NCBI RefSeq assembly: GCF_964194025.1 | Contig: NC_134482.1 | Coordinates: 22,692,001 to 22,756,000 of the forward strand | Origin: Convolutriloba macropyga | Taxonomy: Eukaryota | Length of the DNA: 64,000 nucleotides | Direction of reading: 5' to 3' | Shown here: positions 1 through 13,559 of the stretch, piece by piece | How the letters are laid out: each line of letters opens with the position of its first letter | Position numbering within the stretch: the first letter of the stretch is position 1 | Program-made: the position numbers and the translations under genes | Notes under the pieces: model-generated | What the model was told of the DNA's origin: nothing | Seen by the model: the letters and a program-made list of their open reading frames with translations, nothing else | Database searches by the model: none

Positions 1-1934
1 AGAAAGAAATTATCCTTTTTTATTTTTTCTGTTTCAATCCCGATGTGCGTCAAACTGCGGCTAATTTCCGGCAATTTGCAGGCTGTTTCAAGGTACGTTT
101 GAAGTGTTGTATGTAAAAATTTCTGGTTTTTGAAAGGTGTTTCACGTGCCGCAATTTGAGCTATTTTTGCAGTTCATTCTCCTTATTTTAACTTGTGGTT
201 TCAAAAGGCCGTAAACATGTAAGAATGTTTTATATGCTTTATATGACTTACACTCTATTCGTTTTTTAAAACGATATTTTTAGCACGTTGTTGAAGTTTT
301 TGTGTCCTGTTTATCAGCGTCACTCATGATCAATCTCATTGGCACGATAGTTTGGCCTAATAGAAGTTGTGTAGTATCTCGAATTGATATCTAAAGGTTT
401 CTAGTACTTTGTCACAACTTGTTTTTAGAAAATATCAGTTATTTTTTTAGTGTCGTTAATATTTTTAATCATTTTTGTTGTTTTGTTAGTAAGTAGCATT
501 AATGGTAGTTTTCATTTGCTAGAGAGCAATAATTAATCTAATTAGTTGTTTGAGTTCATTGTTAGTGCGTTTCATGACTGTGCAAATGGTTGCTTTGAAA
601 AACAATTAGCGATTTTATCACTTTTTAAAATTTTTTCGAAAAAAATAGCAAGGTTTTAAATTTTTGCCTTTTTTATTGCTCGTTTAAGCACAGAATAAAT
701 TAAATTTATAACTTGAATTCAAGGCGACGGTGTTTCTGACTTTTAAACTATTTGTTTCATATTTGTTGATTTTCGAGTCCTGCCCTTTTTTGTTACTTTT
801 CTAATGGTCCTGCCGCTTAGCCTCAAAATAACAGTCGGACTTACTGGCTGGCTTTCTAGTGCGGTCTAAATGTCGTGCATTTATATAGCTGTTGCATTCA
901 TTGCCTTAGATACCATTTGCTGTTGAAAGGTTTCTGATGAATTCTTGTATCGTGCCTTCTTTTTTCCCTTGCCCCCTTTTTGTTTTAATGCAAAAGCCAA
1001 TTGTTGTTTACTCTTTTCAAATAGTATTTTATGCCGAGATCAAAGATTTGAGTGGTAGCGTTGTTTTTTTTTACTTTAAAGCCACTAATTTTTAAATGGG
1101 CTGACAAATTGTTGCTAGCTCTTGCCTTTTTTCATTTGTCTATTAATTAATCCCACAAGACCAATTCTGTCGTGTACTCCTTCTAAGGACGCGTATTGTC
1201 GATTTTTATATACAGTGATATCCTTACCGATTGTCTCTAGTTTTTAGTTAATTAAAAAAGCCTTATTATTTGGAAAATAAGTTTAATTTTTTCCACAGGC
1301 TCATGTGCTTTGTTGACTAAAATAGTTTGATGTTGCTGCGAAAAAGTCTGGTTGTCAGGTCATTAGTTAATTCTATTCTTTGGTTCGTTTTCAGGACTTG
1401 CCCTGCTATTTTTAAATTCGCCTAACTTTTTTACATAATTCAACAAGTTCAGTTTTGACATAACTTATCTCACTGTTTCAACTAAATGGAATTTAGATTT
1501 CATTCAACGCAGTTACACAAATACGTTCAAGGTCAGGAAACAAAATCAATAGAAACGGGATAGATCAAATGTCACTAGAACCCAATGTTTGAAAACAGTT
1601 CCTGAAGATGTCAAAGTTGCTTAGTGTATACTGCTGATTGGTTCTATTATTAAGCTTAAAGTCTTCCAGTTTCGAGGCTCAATTCATCATATTTACCAAA
1701 TCTCATGAAACTGCGGATCACGTCAGAACACTTTTTAACACTTATAGAGAAATTGTGCGGTCGTCAATTTTTCTGGTGCATTGATTTAATTGAGCTGGAT
1801 TTAAATTGCTCTCGAACGAAGTTTGAAGCAGTTATTTTAAACGAGTTGTTCTTTTTTAAATGCAAAATTTCGCCCATTTTTGCGCTTTTGTTCTCGAGCA
1901 TTCTGTGCAATCTCGAGCGATTCCTTCACGCTTC

Positions 1935-2641
1935 CGTTCTTCGTTTTGGGTTACTTCAATTGCTCTCGTTCTGAAATGAATTTTTTTTGCTAATATCAAA
2001 GTGATTGTTAGCGGCTGAATAACAACGCCATTGTGACTTAGTGGTTAATATGTCTGACTGCTATTCAGGAGGTCGCGGGTTTGATTTCCTATCAGGTCTG
2101 AGTTTTTGCACCGTTCTTCCTTTTGGGTTACTTCAATTGCTCTCGTTCTGAAATGGAATTTTTTTTGCTAATATCAAAGTGATTGTTAGCGGTTGAATAA
2201 CAACGCCATTGTGACTTAGTGGTTAATATGTCTGACTGCTATTCAGGAGGTCGGGGGTTTGATGTCCTATCAGGTCTGAGTTTTTGCACCGTTCTTCGTT
2301 TTGGGTTACTTCAATTGCTTTCGCTCTGAAATGAAATTTTTTGCTAATTTCAAAGTGATTGTTAGCGGTGAGTAACAACGCCATTGTGACTTAGTGGTTA
2401 ATATGTCTGAATGCTATTCAGGAGGTCACGGGTTTGATTTCCTATCAGGTCTGAGTTTTTGCACCGTTCTTCGTTTTGGGTTACTTCAATTGCTCTCGTT
2501 CTGAAATGAAATTTTTTGCTAATATCAAAGTGATTGTTAGCGGTTGAGTAACAACGCCATTGTGACTTAGTGGTTAATATGTCTGACTGCTATTCGGGAG
2601 ATCGCGGGTTTGAACTCCTATCAGGTCTGAGTTTTGGCACC
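1935..2641 (+). repeat. Four-copy tandem array (~175-178 bp period) of a tRNA-derived unit
   Basis: Near-identical units with tRNA-like heads starting at 2027, 2205, 2380 and 2556. Each has an A-box-like TGACTTAGTGG, an anticodon arm TCTGA-CTGCTAT-TCAGG, a degenerate B-box GGTTTGA(TT/AC)TCC, and then a T4-T5 run. The acceptor stem does not pair. Confidence 0.85.
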
Positions 2642-3174
2642 AATAAATTTTTAAGCTACTTCCCTAAATTTAAATTGCCCACCGCCTGTCGTTCGAGAGC
2701 ATTGCATTTCATCCGACGTTAGTCAGTTTGTTAATAGCCGCCCTCATCTATTCAGCCGGCTATTATAGCGCTCCTATTTTTTTACAATCCAAGAATTGGA
2801 TTGTATTGGTGCTCTGTCTTTTTTTTTATTTTTGTAAGATGTTTTCACACCTTTTCATGACTTTCAAAACGGGATAAACAGGTAAAACTCCGGGCATCAA
2901 GTTTCATTAGAGGCCCTTAACCGCGTTCAGTAGTCCTTCAAGTGCTTAGAGTGTTGAAGCTACTGGGAAGACTGTAATTCAAGGTTAAAAGGTCATTTTA
3001 GGAGTTTTTGGGTCCAAAATGTTGCAAATTTTCGCATTTTTTCGTCGTTTTTCCAAATTTTTGTTAGACCAGTCTGAAATTGAGCTTTGTGAAGTTTGAT
3101 AATGGTGTTTGGCATGAGTTTATTACGTTTTTTGGCCATTTTAAGAGCTAGATGTTTTGGTACGCCAAACATAA

Positions 3175-3930
3175 ACACGCAAATTTTTCAAGGTTTTTAA
3201 AATTTTTTGTCATTTTTGAGGTGTTTCAGCCCCTGGTGTCAAGAAGCTTCCTCTTGGTTTTAATAGAGGTTATTGCATATTTTCTAGTGATAATGGAATG
3301 GTTTCCAACATTTTAACATCATAAGTTTTAGCAGTTTTTTGATAAAAGTTGCAATTTTCAAGATTTTGAAAATTTTTGTCAATTTTTAGGTTTTTCTAAC
3401 CTCAAGGACGAAGGCATCTCCTCCAGGTTTTGGCAATACTTTAATTCATAGTTTTATTGGTAATGGGGAATTTGTTTCAATATTTTAATATTTCGAATTT
3501 AACGACTTTTCAAAAGAAAAATTGCAATTTTTTTTTTAAATTTCTGTAAATTTAGTATTTGTGGTATTTAGTATTTAATATTTAGGTAACCTCCTATGTG
3601 GTTTGCAAGTATGTTACTGCATAGTTTCTAGTGGCAATAGATTGGTTGTCAATTTTTTAATATCACAAATATGTGCAGGTTTTTTAAGTTAAACTTTTTA
3701 AAGTTTTTTTGAAAGTGTTTAGAAAATTTTTGAGTTTTTCCTGCACCAGGGGCACAGGAACCTCATCCAAAGTTTGATTATAAGCTACTGCATGGTTGCT
3801 AAAGGTAATGGATTGGTTATATTGATTGATATTGGTTAATCATTCCATTACCTCTAGCAACCATGCAGTAGCTTATAATCAAACTCTGGATTTCAGCAAT
3901 ATCTTGATGAAATTTAAAATTTTTCTAAAT
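3175..3930. repeat. Diverged ~180-bp tandem repeat containing a local inverted duplication (3766-3890)
   Basis: Recurrent blocks resembling 'ttattgcatattttctagtgataatgg' and 'aaaatttttgtca' at ~180-bp spacing. 3766-3815 is the near-perfect reverse complement of 3843-3890. Confidence 0.6.
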
Positions 3931-6900
3931 TTTCTGAAAAATATCATGTTACAAGTTTGTGGATCTTTATGAGCCAATGAAACTATTCAAGGCTTGCAAT
4001 CGGTATAATGGATGGTCTCTGGAGACAATGAAAGGGTTCTGAAGATAATAATATTACAATTTTAGCAAGATTTTTAAAATTTTTGATTGTTTTTAAATGT
4101 TTTGAATTCATTTCGTCATTCTCTGAGTTTAACGATCTGACTGACCCACGCAGCTTTTCTAAGTCTTTCAGATGGGTCACATGACAGAACTCCAGAGATA
4201 AATATTGGTTCCAGCCAGATTCAGAAAATTTCTAAGTTTTTTTTTCTCAGTTTTTTTGAAGCCGTTGTCATATCTCTCGAATTTATCTACTTTTAGTGGC
4301 AAAAATTCTCTTTCAAAGCTTGTGCGTAACCTAATGATCATTTTGAATTGTATCATTTATGGTCTTCAGGTTAAAAGCTTCAAGAGTTTTAGCAATGATT
4401 ATTTTTTTTGTTTAGTTCGCTTGATTCTTTTAGGTTCTCAACTTTTGAGATTTTGTCTTTTTGGCTGGGATTGTTCAATTGATCTGCTGGTCAGGTTTAT
4501 TAAGTCTGTTTTTCATTCAATTCTTCGGATTGTATTTCAGGACTTGTCCTGCTATGTTTTTTTACTTCGTCGAATAAAAAAATGTTTCGCTTTACCTCAT
4601 TTTGCCGCCTTTTCAACATTTTGCGTGAAATCTTTTTGACTTCTCTAGGCTAGTTTCTCTCTTCTCTCATTCTGCTAAAAGTGATTTTGAACATCAGTTG
4701 CGCAGCAAAGCAATTCAAAATGAACAGGGTCAGTATAAAAAATTGAAGTCAGAAGTAGAAACGGGATAAACCCATAAAGCCCAATTTTAGATGCCCGCTA
4801 TTTGAACGTCGTTCCTATAAGTCTTATTTACCATCTCTAATGCTTATTGTTATTGATAGGAGCCCCTGTAGCCTCTCTCTAAGAAACAGAAGTATGTTCA
4901 ACTACGAAATGCCTTCAAAATAAATCGGACTTAAAAAAATGTTTTTGTACAAAAATCTTTTTTTTTCAATATCTTCTGTTATTTCAATCCCAATCATGCT
5001 TATTGGAATCAACGGCGGCTATTTTCCGGCAATCTGCCGGGTATGTTTTTATTTTTTGTATCATCCTCATATTCTTACAATTTAGGGGCCAGATTGACAT
5101 TTATCACGTCTAATGAAACTGCGGACCGCATTTGAGCTCTTTTTATGACTTTATAATTGTTCTCATCCCCACGTAAGACAGTGTTTTGAGCGGCGCTATT
5201 TGCGGGTTATGTTTTTAGCTGAAGCAACTTTGTTCATGACTTTTGACTTTTTCTCAAACATTTCTCAGAACTTTGACTTTTTCTCAAACATTTGACCTCT
5301 GTTGTCGAACAGTGGACTTTAATAGTGTAGCTTTGAACATAGTAATTAGGAATTGCTGGTCATTCCGAGTCGTTTTCTTCTCAATAACAGTCCTATTTAA
5401 ACTACCGATAACACCCAACCTAACTACCCCTTCACAGATGGACCTCCCCCGCCTACCTAAACCAACCGCCTTCCTCACTGGGGGGTTCAGGTAGGGGGTG
5501 GGGTAAGTTAGGCGTGGCATAGGCGCGAACCCGAATTTTTTTCTGGTTTCAAAGTAATTGGTTTTTCTTTTTCAAAATCGGTGATATAGGGTTAATTTAG
5601 ACCAACCCGCCCCACCTCCCCGCAGGTACCCCCACCTACTCTCTCCCCCAACGCCACCTCACCCTTCCGTTCACTACCCACACCCAGCGACGTACCTACC
5701 TTCGCTCGCAGACCGCTGAACTAAAGATTGAGTTACCATTTTGAAACTTTCTCAAATTTTTTAAGCAGTTACTTTGTTTTCTATCGGTGATATTTCTGAT
5801 TAAGGTGACATGAAGAGATTGTTTACCGACTCCTCGGGCCGTTTCCCGTCTTCCATCGGCCATTTTTTAGCTGAAGCAACTTTTTTCATGGCTTGAATCC
5901 ATTTATTTTAGAAAATCTACTTCTGTTTTAGAACGTTGAATTCGACTTTGAACAGTGGACATTAACACTAGCTTAGTTTCTTTTATATAGTAATTAGCAA
6001 CTGCTGGTATTATTCAAAACCGACGGGTAATTTTGAAAAAGTTTTCCTTCTGCAGCAGTCCCTTGTCACAGCTTGTCGTACCCCTGAAGACCAAAGTTAT
6101 AGGTCTGCACTTTTTAAACACCTAGTTTTATTACAAATTGTTGTTTTTTTTGCTATTTCTAATCTAGGTAAGCTAATTTTTAACTGAGAACTGAGTTGGT
6201 TCCGGTAAGTTTGTTGATGACTTGAACTTGACTTTTGTGTTTTCGAACATTGACATCTGTTTAATTGCTCTCGAGCGCAGTTTGTGGCAATTATATTAGT
6301 CCTGTCGGTCTTTTATATGCTATTTTTTGCTTGACCGGTTTTTGTCTGACCAATTTTACTTTTCGTCCTCAAAATGGGATAAACAGATAGCGCTCAGTGG
6401 GCATTAAGTGCTCTTAGAGCTTTTCAGCTCACTAGTCTCCTAGTATGCGATTCACAGAAACTGTTTTGGAGATTTATTCTTATGGTGTGAAGGGCGGTTC
6501 TTGGAGGTTGAAACCCCAACCCCCCCCCCCCCCTGGCACATCAGCCCCCCCCCCCCCCCCCCCCGATCGTCACCCCTGCACATTGTTCAGCCCATAAGGG
6601 CCCGTGCAACCAAAAAAAAACCCTCACACTGTTGCCCCACCCCAATCAGCTCCCCCCCCCCCCGCTGCTATCACCTCACGCCTCTTCAATTAAAGTTAGC
6701 CTCACTAAACCGTGGCTAGCTACTGACGAAGCAAACCGTTTGCCGGTCGTTTGAGAGCCATTCGCCCGACGTTAGTCGGTTATGTTTAGAGCGTTGACTT
6801 TTAGAAGTTCACTTCCCATAAGTCCTTCCTCTCTGTTCAAACTAATCAGACACCCCACCTACCTACACCCTCCACCAGCAAACAACAGTTCCAGTCCACC

Positions 6901-9244
6901 TACCTACCTACTACCGCCAACCTACCCCCCTCCCCACCCCTGCTATGTTTTCCAATTCGCCTGGCCTTTTGTGTTTTATAAGTCAGCCACCAAACGCCTC
7001 TCCCCCTTCGAGCTCCCGCGCCCCTAAACTTAATATTTTTCAAAACATTCCCTATATTTTTCTCAGACAATCGACAGCTGAACGTATTTTTGGTTGTATT
7101 TTATGATGAATTTCAGTTTAGAACTGCTCCAAAATTAAATATAACACGCTCTAATAGGTTAACATCATTTGAATTCCCTTAGTGAAGTAATAGTCCCCCG
7201 CGCGCCTCCGATTGTCGTTTGGCCGAAATTTGTCCGACGTCAATTGTTTACGTTTTAGTGTATATATGAAATGGTCTTTTTGCGGCTATCAGTTTCGGGC
7301 GGCAAAAATTGAAGTTAATTGTTTGTTTGTTCGTTTTCAGGCAGTGGGCAAGGCTATCGCGTAATGATATGATGAATGATTGAGAGCAGTGGAGATAGGT
7401 CACGTGCTGCCTTAATCCCCCTTCTAACTACCTTCTACCTACTTGGGTGTCACTTCTTTCTCTCCTTCTCTTCTATTCCCAAAATATCAGACAAAAACTT
7501 TCTTTTTTACTTTGTCTAACCTCTCAAAATGTTCGACTGTGACAGAGCAATTAACTACTTGGCGCACAGTATAATGAAAACTGCTTTCAATTCCTCTGAC
7601 TAACCGATCGTTACAAATTCCAGTTTAATCAGAAATCCTCAATTAAATTGTTTTATTTGAATTGCACTACGAGTAGTTAGCTTTCATTAATGTTGGTCTT
7701 ATCTTTATATGTTTGTCAACTTAAAGCTTTAAATTGATTCGTTTTGTGTTTCAATTTTGCCAAATGGCATTAGAAGCAAGTAGGCGATTTGTGGTTTGAA
7801 CACGACCGGGCTTTAAGTTGACCTGTGTTCAGGTGAAAAGTTAAGTTTGAATTGTTTCATGTTAGCTCTTCTTTGGGTGTTGCGTTCTACTTCGGGCTTT
7901 TTCTGGGATAACTTCTGTTACCGCGTTAGGGCTATGACAACCTTAGAACCTCTAGGATTCAATTAAATATACAAATAGATGCAACTAGATCAAAAACTAG
8001 CTTTCGGTTTTCTTTACTAATTAGATTCGGATTTGTTTGGGGCGCAACATTACGATTTGAAAGTAGATAAGATTTGAAAGTTCAATAACATTTTGAAATA
8101 GTAGGACCCGCACCCTATTATTCGATAAATACACAAAGGCTTCCATGTAATTCCAAACTTGGCAGTGTTGTATTTTCCTGATGGAATTTTGTCTTAGACT
8201 TACTTGAGCTAGTAGTTGGTAATTTGATGCGTTTATAGATATGCTCTTTTAGTCCTGCTGTGCCGTGTCAATAATTTAGAATGTTTCTGGTTTAGCTGAA
8301 GTTGCAATGTAGTTAGATATCCATCGGTTAGAGGCAAGTTAATATTGTTTTTAAGTTATTAAATATATTTGATTGAACGAATCTCTATTAAGAACAGTTC
8401 TGAAATTAGCCCTAAATAATTCCCCTTGCCTCTAGACGTGGATAGACAACTGGTTGGCAGCTTAGTTAGAAAGTGAAGTAATGGGAAAGTAGATATGCAG
8501 TTGATATGGGTGGGTTTCCTCTTAAGGTAGACATCATAAAGCGAATTTTAGATCTCATTCATTTTATGCAGCATTAACATTTTGGACAAAGTGTGGCGTG
8601 TAAAGTTTTTCACAAATTGTTAGATTTTCTAGGATTACAATCCTGCAAGAATTCAGGTACTTGATTGAAACTGCGCCTAATTTAGAAAAATAGTGTCAAA
8701 ATTGAGAGTTCGCTGTATGGTAACTAAGGTGCGTGAGCACGACAGAATTTTATCAGAGCTGTGTAAAAATTTACGGTTTTTTATTGGATGAATTTTCTCA
8801 ATAGAATTGTAATATATGGTACTACTACTTGTTGTTTGTCCTATCGATGCTTATTTATTAGATGCTTTATTATTTGGATCCTAGCATGTAAATAAAATAA
8901 AATTTAAATTCCAATATTTTTCGGATGTTTTCCATTGAATTCGGATAAGGCCCGTACCACCAGCTAAATATCAAAACGAGAAAGACTTGCGGAGAACTTC
9001 AATAATTTAAGGCAGTTGTAACTGCAACGTGTGAAATGCTCTCAAATAATCATTGGGGCGTTCGTTACATTCAGGTCCTGTTAGTCTTTTCACTGCAATT
9101 ATTTACTTGATCACTTGGACCTATTTGACTTTTCGAGGGGCTATGAAGCTTCAGTTCTATTTTTCTGCGTGATATAAATTGCTTTTGTCCAGAAATTAAG
9201 TCTGTTGCTCAAACAAAAGCGATTGTAAGATGGGAAATAACAAG

Positions 9245-9320
9245 GGCTTGATAGCCTAGTGAATATCGCTTCAGTCGAGAACGCAGGAGTTAAGGTTCGA
9301 ATCCCTCCCTAGTAGGGATT
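9245..9320 (+). repeat. tRNA-derived SINE-like head
   Basis: A-box-like TAGCCTAGTG and B-box GGTTCGAATCC at tRNA-like spacing; no complete cloverleaf. Confidence 0.5.
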
Positions 9321-11836
9321 TGCCTAGGCTAAAGCCCCCTCCGAATTAAATTCCCTGGCTTGTCTTTCGAGGGCAATTGGTGCGACGTTTGTAGGTTTAT
9401 TAATAGCCGCACAGCAATAGTTGGGGTTATTATTGGCCTTCTCTTGGTTTTTTACGACTCGAAGAGGAGTATTGGTTTTCTTAAGGTTTTTTTTACCGGA
9501 AGTACTATTCGTTCAGACACTGTTTCGACGTAAACGAGAAAGTGAGTAAAATTGCCGTGTGAACTAATTTTTTCTGAGCGAGAGAAGTTTTTTGATCATG
9601 CGCTGCATTAAGTGAATGACTTTGACTTTGAAAAGTTGTTTTTGACTGAGTGGCATATATAGCTAACCGTTTTTAGCCGTTTTTCGTCTAAGTTACCCAA
9701 TTTTCTCTTGTAATTTGGTGTTTTGTAGAAATAATCTTTATTCGATGCTATATTGAAATGTTAACCTCGGAAATTGATGCCACAGTGTTTTCAGAGCCTG
9801 AAAATGCGTTTCAATTTCAAAAATTGGCACATGTTTCTTGATTTTTTAGTTAATTTTTGGCTTTTTTTTGTATTAATTTCTCCATTTTTGGATATTTTAA
9901 CCGTCTTTTTTGTCAAAAATCAGTTCATATTGCAATTTCCTTTTGATAATTCGTATACACAACACCTCTTTCTACCTCGATTTTATTTTGTTTTATAAAA
10001 TTGTACATATGCTAATCCGATTTTGGTAGTTTTCTACGGTTTTTGTCAGTTTTTTTGTATTTTGGTTTTAATTACTGGAAATAGTCATTTTGTGCAACAT
10101 GACGGACTTTAACTTTGTTTCAATAAAAATTCAATCATTTTTCGGCGTTAATATTTTGAAAAAGATTTAAAATTTTTTCAAAAATGCAGTCTTAAAATTT
10201 TTTGACCAATGTTTTTGCAAAATGTTTCAATGTTTCGTATGTTTGAATTCTTCTTTTTCCTAGTTTTTGTTCTCTTAAAGAGGATAGATCTTTGTATCGG
10301 ATGACTAGTTATCTTTTCTATGTCTCGAATGCTGAACAAGGAAATGTATTCGTTTTTCTTGATTTTTTAAATTTGATTTTGAACTTTCAAAAATCAAGAA
10401 TGTCTTTTTGTTACGGTGTGCCTTACATTGTGTCCAAATTCTTCACATTTTAGGTAGTATCAGTCTAGCTTTGTCCTGGCACCTGCATTTATATTCGGTC
10501 TATTGATTTTTTTAGTTGTTGAGAATTTGAATGATTTCTGCTTTTTCTTAGATTTTTCGTCATTTCTTTGGTTTGCAATTGATTTCATTCAACATAAGGC
10601 AGTACTGAGAGTTTGCTAGCGAGCCTTTTCTAAAATTTCCAATTAATACTATTTATGAAAATTTCTTCTGGCCTTGGTTCTCATTTAAACGATTTTTTGC
10701 TTTTGGGTATTCTTGCGCTGCTTATGTCTTTTCAGTGATCACTTTAATTTTTGAGTTAAAATGAAACCATGTTGTCTAGCATATATACAACAAGGAATAA
10801 ATATGTGTTGCTTTTTGTCTTAATTGCAGTGATTAGAAGTGTAATTATAGTGGTTTTCTGCTCCTTAAATTTGAGCATTATTTTTTGAAAAGATTTAACT
10901 TAGTTTCTAAGAATATTATCTGCCATTTGCTTACGCGATCTTCTTGAGGTTAGAACCTTTTGAGGGCAATTGATAGTTTTTTGAGGGCAATTGATAGCCC
11001 TGTCGGCTTTTTCAGCCTATCAGTATATTCACCATCTTAATTGTTTCGGAATTTTTTAACATTACCAAACGTTTTCAATATAAAATTTTGCTGCATTTTG
11101 TTTCTCTTGTTGACAATGGTTTAAGTTTTACCAGTGTTTAGTTCAGACCTGGGGATTTAATGAGTTAACGGTTTAATACAAAAGATAATGGCTTCCGTTG
11201 CAAGTACGGGTTTGTGTGTGAAGTTTTGACGCTTCGAGTCGCTTCCGGATTTCTTCCGGCTGTTTTTATTTCAAGATTTTTGTTACAATCATATGACGTC
11301 ACAAACACTAAAAGTCCGATTTTTGTTCATTCGTTCACACAATTTCTAAATTCCGTTCGTGGCGTCATTTTTCATTTAGTGGGCCGAGTTTGTTGCTCAT
11401 TCTTGTGATTAAGTTTTTGGTCACACTTGACTTACCTCTCAAAATTGACCTCCTCACTGAAATTGAATTTTCTTTACTTTAATTCAACGCAATAAGGTCA
11501 AGGTAATATGTGTGTCACCCTAATTGAAGGGTATTTAAGAGCGCCTAGTAGAAGGAGCAATAAGTTATATCGATTCACAATCAAATATAACATCTCGACA
11601 TTTAATGAAATCTTTTTATTTTGTTTACTATCTTTTCGAGTCTGCAGATCTGCACAGCTTTTGCTACTACGTTCCTTCAAGCTGCCAGCTATGTTGTTTA
11701 ATTGTTCAGAAACGCAGATTTAAGCTTTTTCAAGTTAGCGTGTAGTCAATTATTTGTTTTATCGATTGACTTTCAAGCCCTTGAATTGTGGAGCTTTGTG
11801 TGAGCAAAATTGTTCTCTCATTCACAATGTTAACCA

Positions 11837-12823
11837 CCCGGGTTGAATTTTTCCGCCCAAAATGACGTAAAAGTGGGGCTGCAATGGAGGGATTTTTTAG
11901 GAAAAAGCAGCCTAAAACTCTTACACCTTTTTGGGCTGCATTGGGCTTCCAACGGGGGTAAAAATGGTGTAAGAGTGATAGGGTAAAAGACAAATTAACC
12001 CCCCACTCTTACATCTTTTTCCTCTGTCAAGGGGGGTAAAACGATGTAAGAGTTCGGGGGTAACGGAGAAAAACCCCCGAACTCTTACATCGTTTTACCC
12101 CCCTTGACAGACCGAAAAGATGTAAGAGTGGGGGGTTAATGTGTCTTTTACCCCCCCCCCCCCACTCTTACACCATTTTACCCCCCTCGGAAACCCAATG
12201 CAGCCCAAAAACACGTAAGAATTTTGAGCTGCATTTTCTTAAAAAATCCGCTCATTGCAGCTCCACACTTACATCATTTTACCCCCCTTGGCAGCCCAAC
12301 TCTTGCATCATTTTATCCCCCCCCCCCCCCCCCACCAATCTTACATTGTTTTAGCCCCCATACCTGAAGATTGCCAAAAAACCAATTACCCCCTCACTAT
12401 TACACCATTTTACCCCCCTTGGCAGCCCAGCTCTTACATCATTTTACCCCCCTCTGAACAAATTACCCCCTCACTCTTACACCATTTTACCCATTGCAGC
12501 ACACTCTTAAATGGAAATTTCAGTCAGGGGGGTAATTCCCCAAAAGTCTTTCAATTGCAGCCCATTCCTACATGGCAATTTCAGTCAGGTGGGGTAATTC
12601 ATGAAAAGTCCTCCCATTGCAACCAACTCTTACATGAAAATTTCACTCAGGGGGTGGGGGTAATTCCTCAAAAGTCCTCCGATTGCAGCCCAACTCTTAC
12701 ATCATTTTACCCCCTCTGAGCAAAGTACCCCCACACTCTTACATCAATTTACCTCCCATAGACGAATTACCCCCCACTCTTACAACAAAATGGGAGGATT
12801 TTTGGGAGGACATTTGACCCGGG
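11837..12823. mobile_element. Non-autonomous DNA transposon, probably CMC/EnSpm-like
   Basis: Termini CCCGGGTTGAA...TTTGACCCGGG with 2-bp TSD CA/CA. Many subterminal repeats of ACTCTTACA(T/C)CATTTTACCCCC in both orientations, plus an internal ~67-bp-arm palindrome at 11994-12140. No transposase ORF. Confidence 0.65.
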
Positions 12824-13559
12824 CAGCTAAACTCAGTTGGCGACATTGTACTAATGAGAATCAGATAAAAATTACCTGATTTTCTTAAATACAGATTTAA
12901 AGATATAAATAGTGTACTATAGTAACGTTTAATAACGTCATTTGAAGAACCTCATACAAGACAATTACCTTGGGAAATTGGCATTCTGAATTATTTACTG
13001 AAGAAAAAATCCCTGTTTGAAAAATATAATCAAATATATTTTTTTGCTATTTTAATGCACAATTTGGTACTTTCTTGCTCAGCAAAAAAGATACCAAAGA
13101 TGTGTGAGGGTGATTGAACTTCTCTATAAGTGATTTATGCTATGATCGATGATATCATAATGTATGTTTGCAAGCATAAAAATATCAGGAGGTAAAGATT
13201 TATGAAAATCTGAAACCACAATTTTTCTGAGAGAAACATGAATTCAAAGTTTGTAGCAATTATGGTTTTTATGCGATTTTTCGCATGAACGCTTTTTTGT
13301 CTGATGGCAATTCGCCCGACGTTTGCCGCTTCTTTCTGGCGATTCGTATAAAGTTTTTAAATTTTTTGTATCTCAAAAGGTTTGATAACAAAGGCAGACT
13401 AATTTAAAATTTGTTCATCACCAAAAACAAAAGGATCTTGAAAATTATTTAGGTTTGAGTTCAGGCAATCGTTAAAATAATATACGCATTTGTATAGAAT
13501 GTAATTTCGGTTTTGTCAGACATTTGGTAAAAACAAATGTCTACATTCTGAAGTGTCAA

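Noticed and set aside
1935-2641. CRISPR-like array or functional tRNA-Ser genes
   Set aside because: Whole units are repeated with no unique spacers; there is no acceptor stem pairing or Ser-type variable arm; the context is eukaryotic.
6501-7027. Proline-rich ORFs (also 12139-12719)
   Set aside because: They arise from poly-C tracts and C-rich repeat motifs.
1-11800. Protein-coding genes in the first 12 kb
   Set aside because: Only short, motif-less ORFs are present. The region is a mosaic of diverged repeat fragments (e.g. ~33/4983, 1389/4535, 2866/6372, 5214/5866) that I cannot classify.
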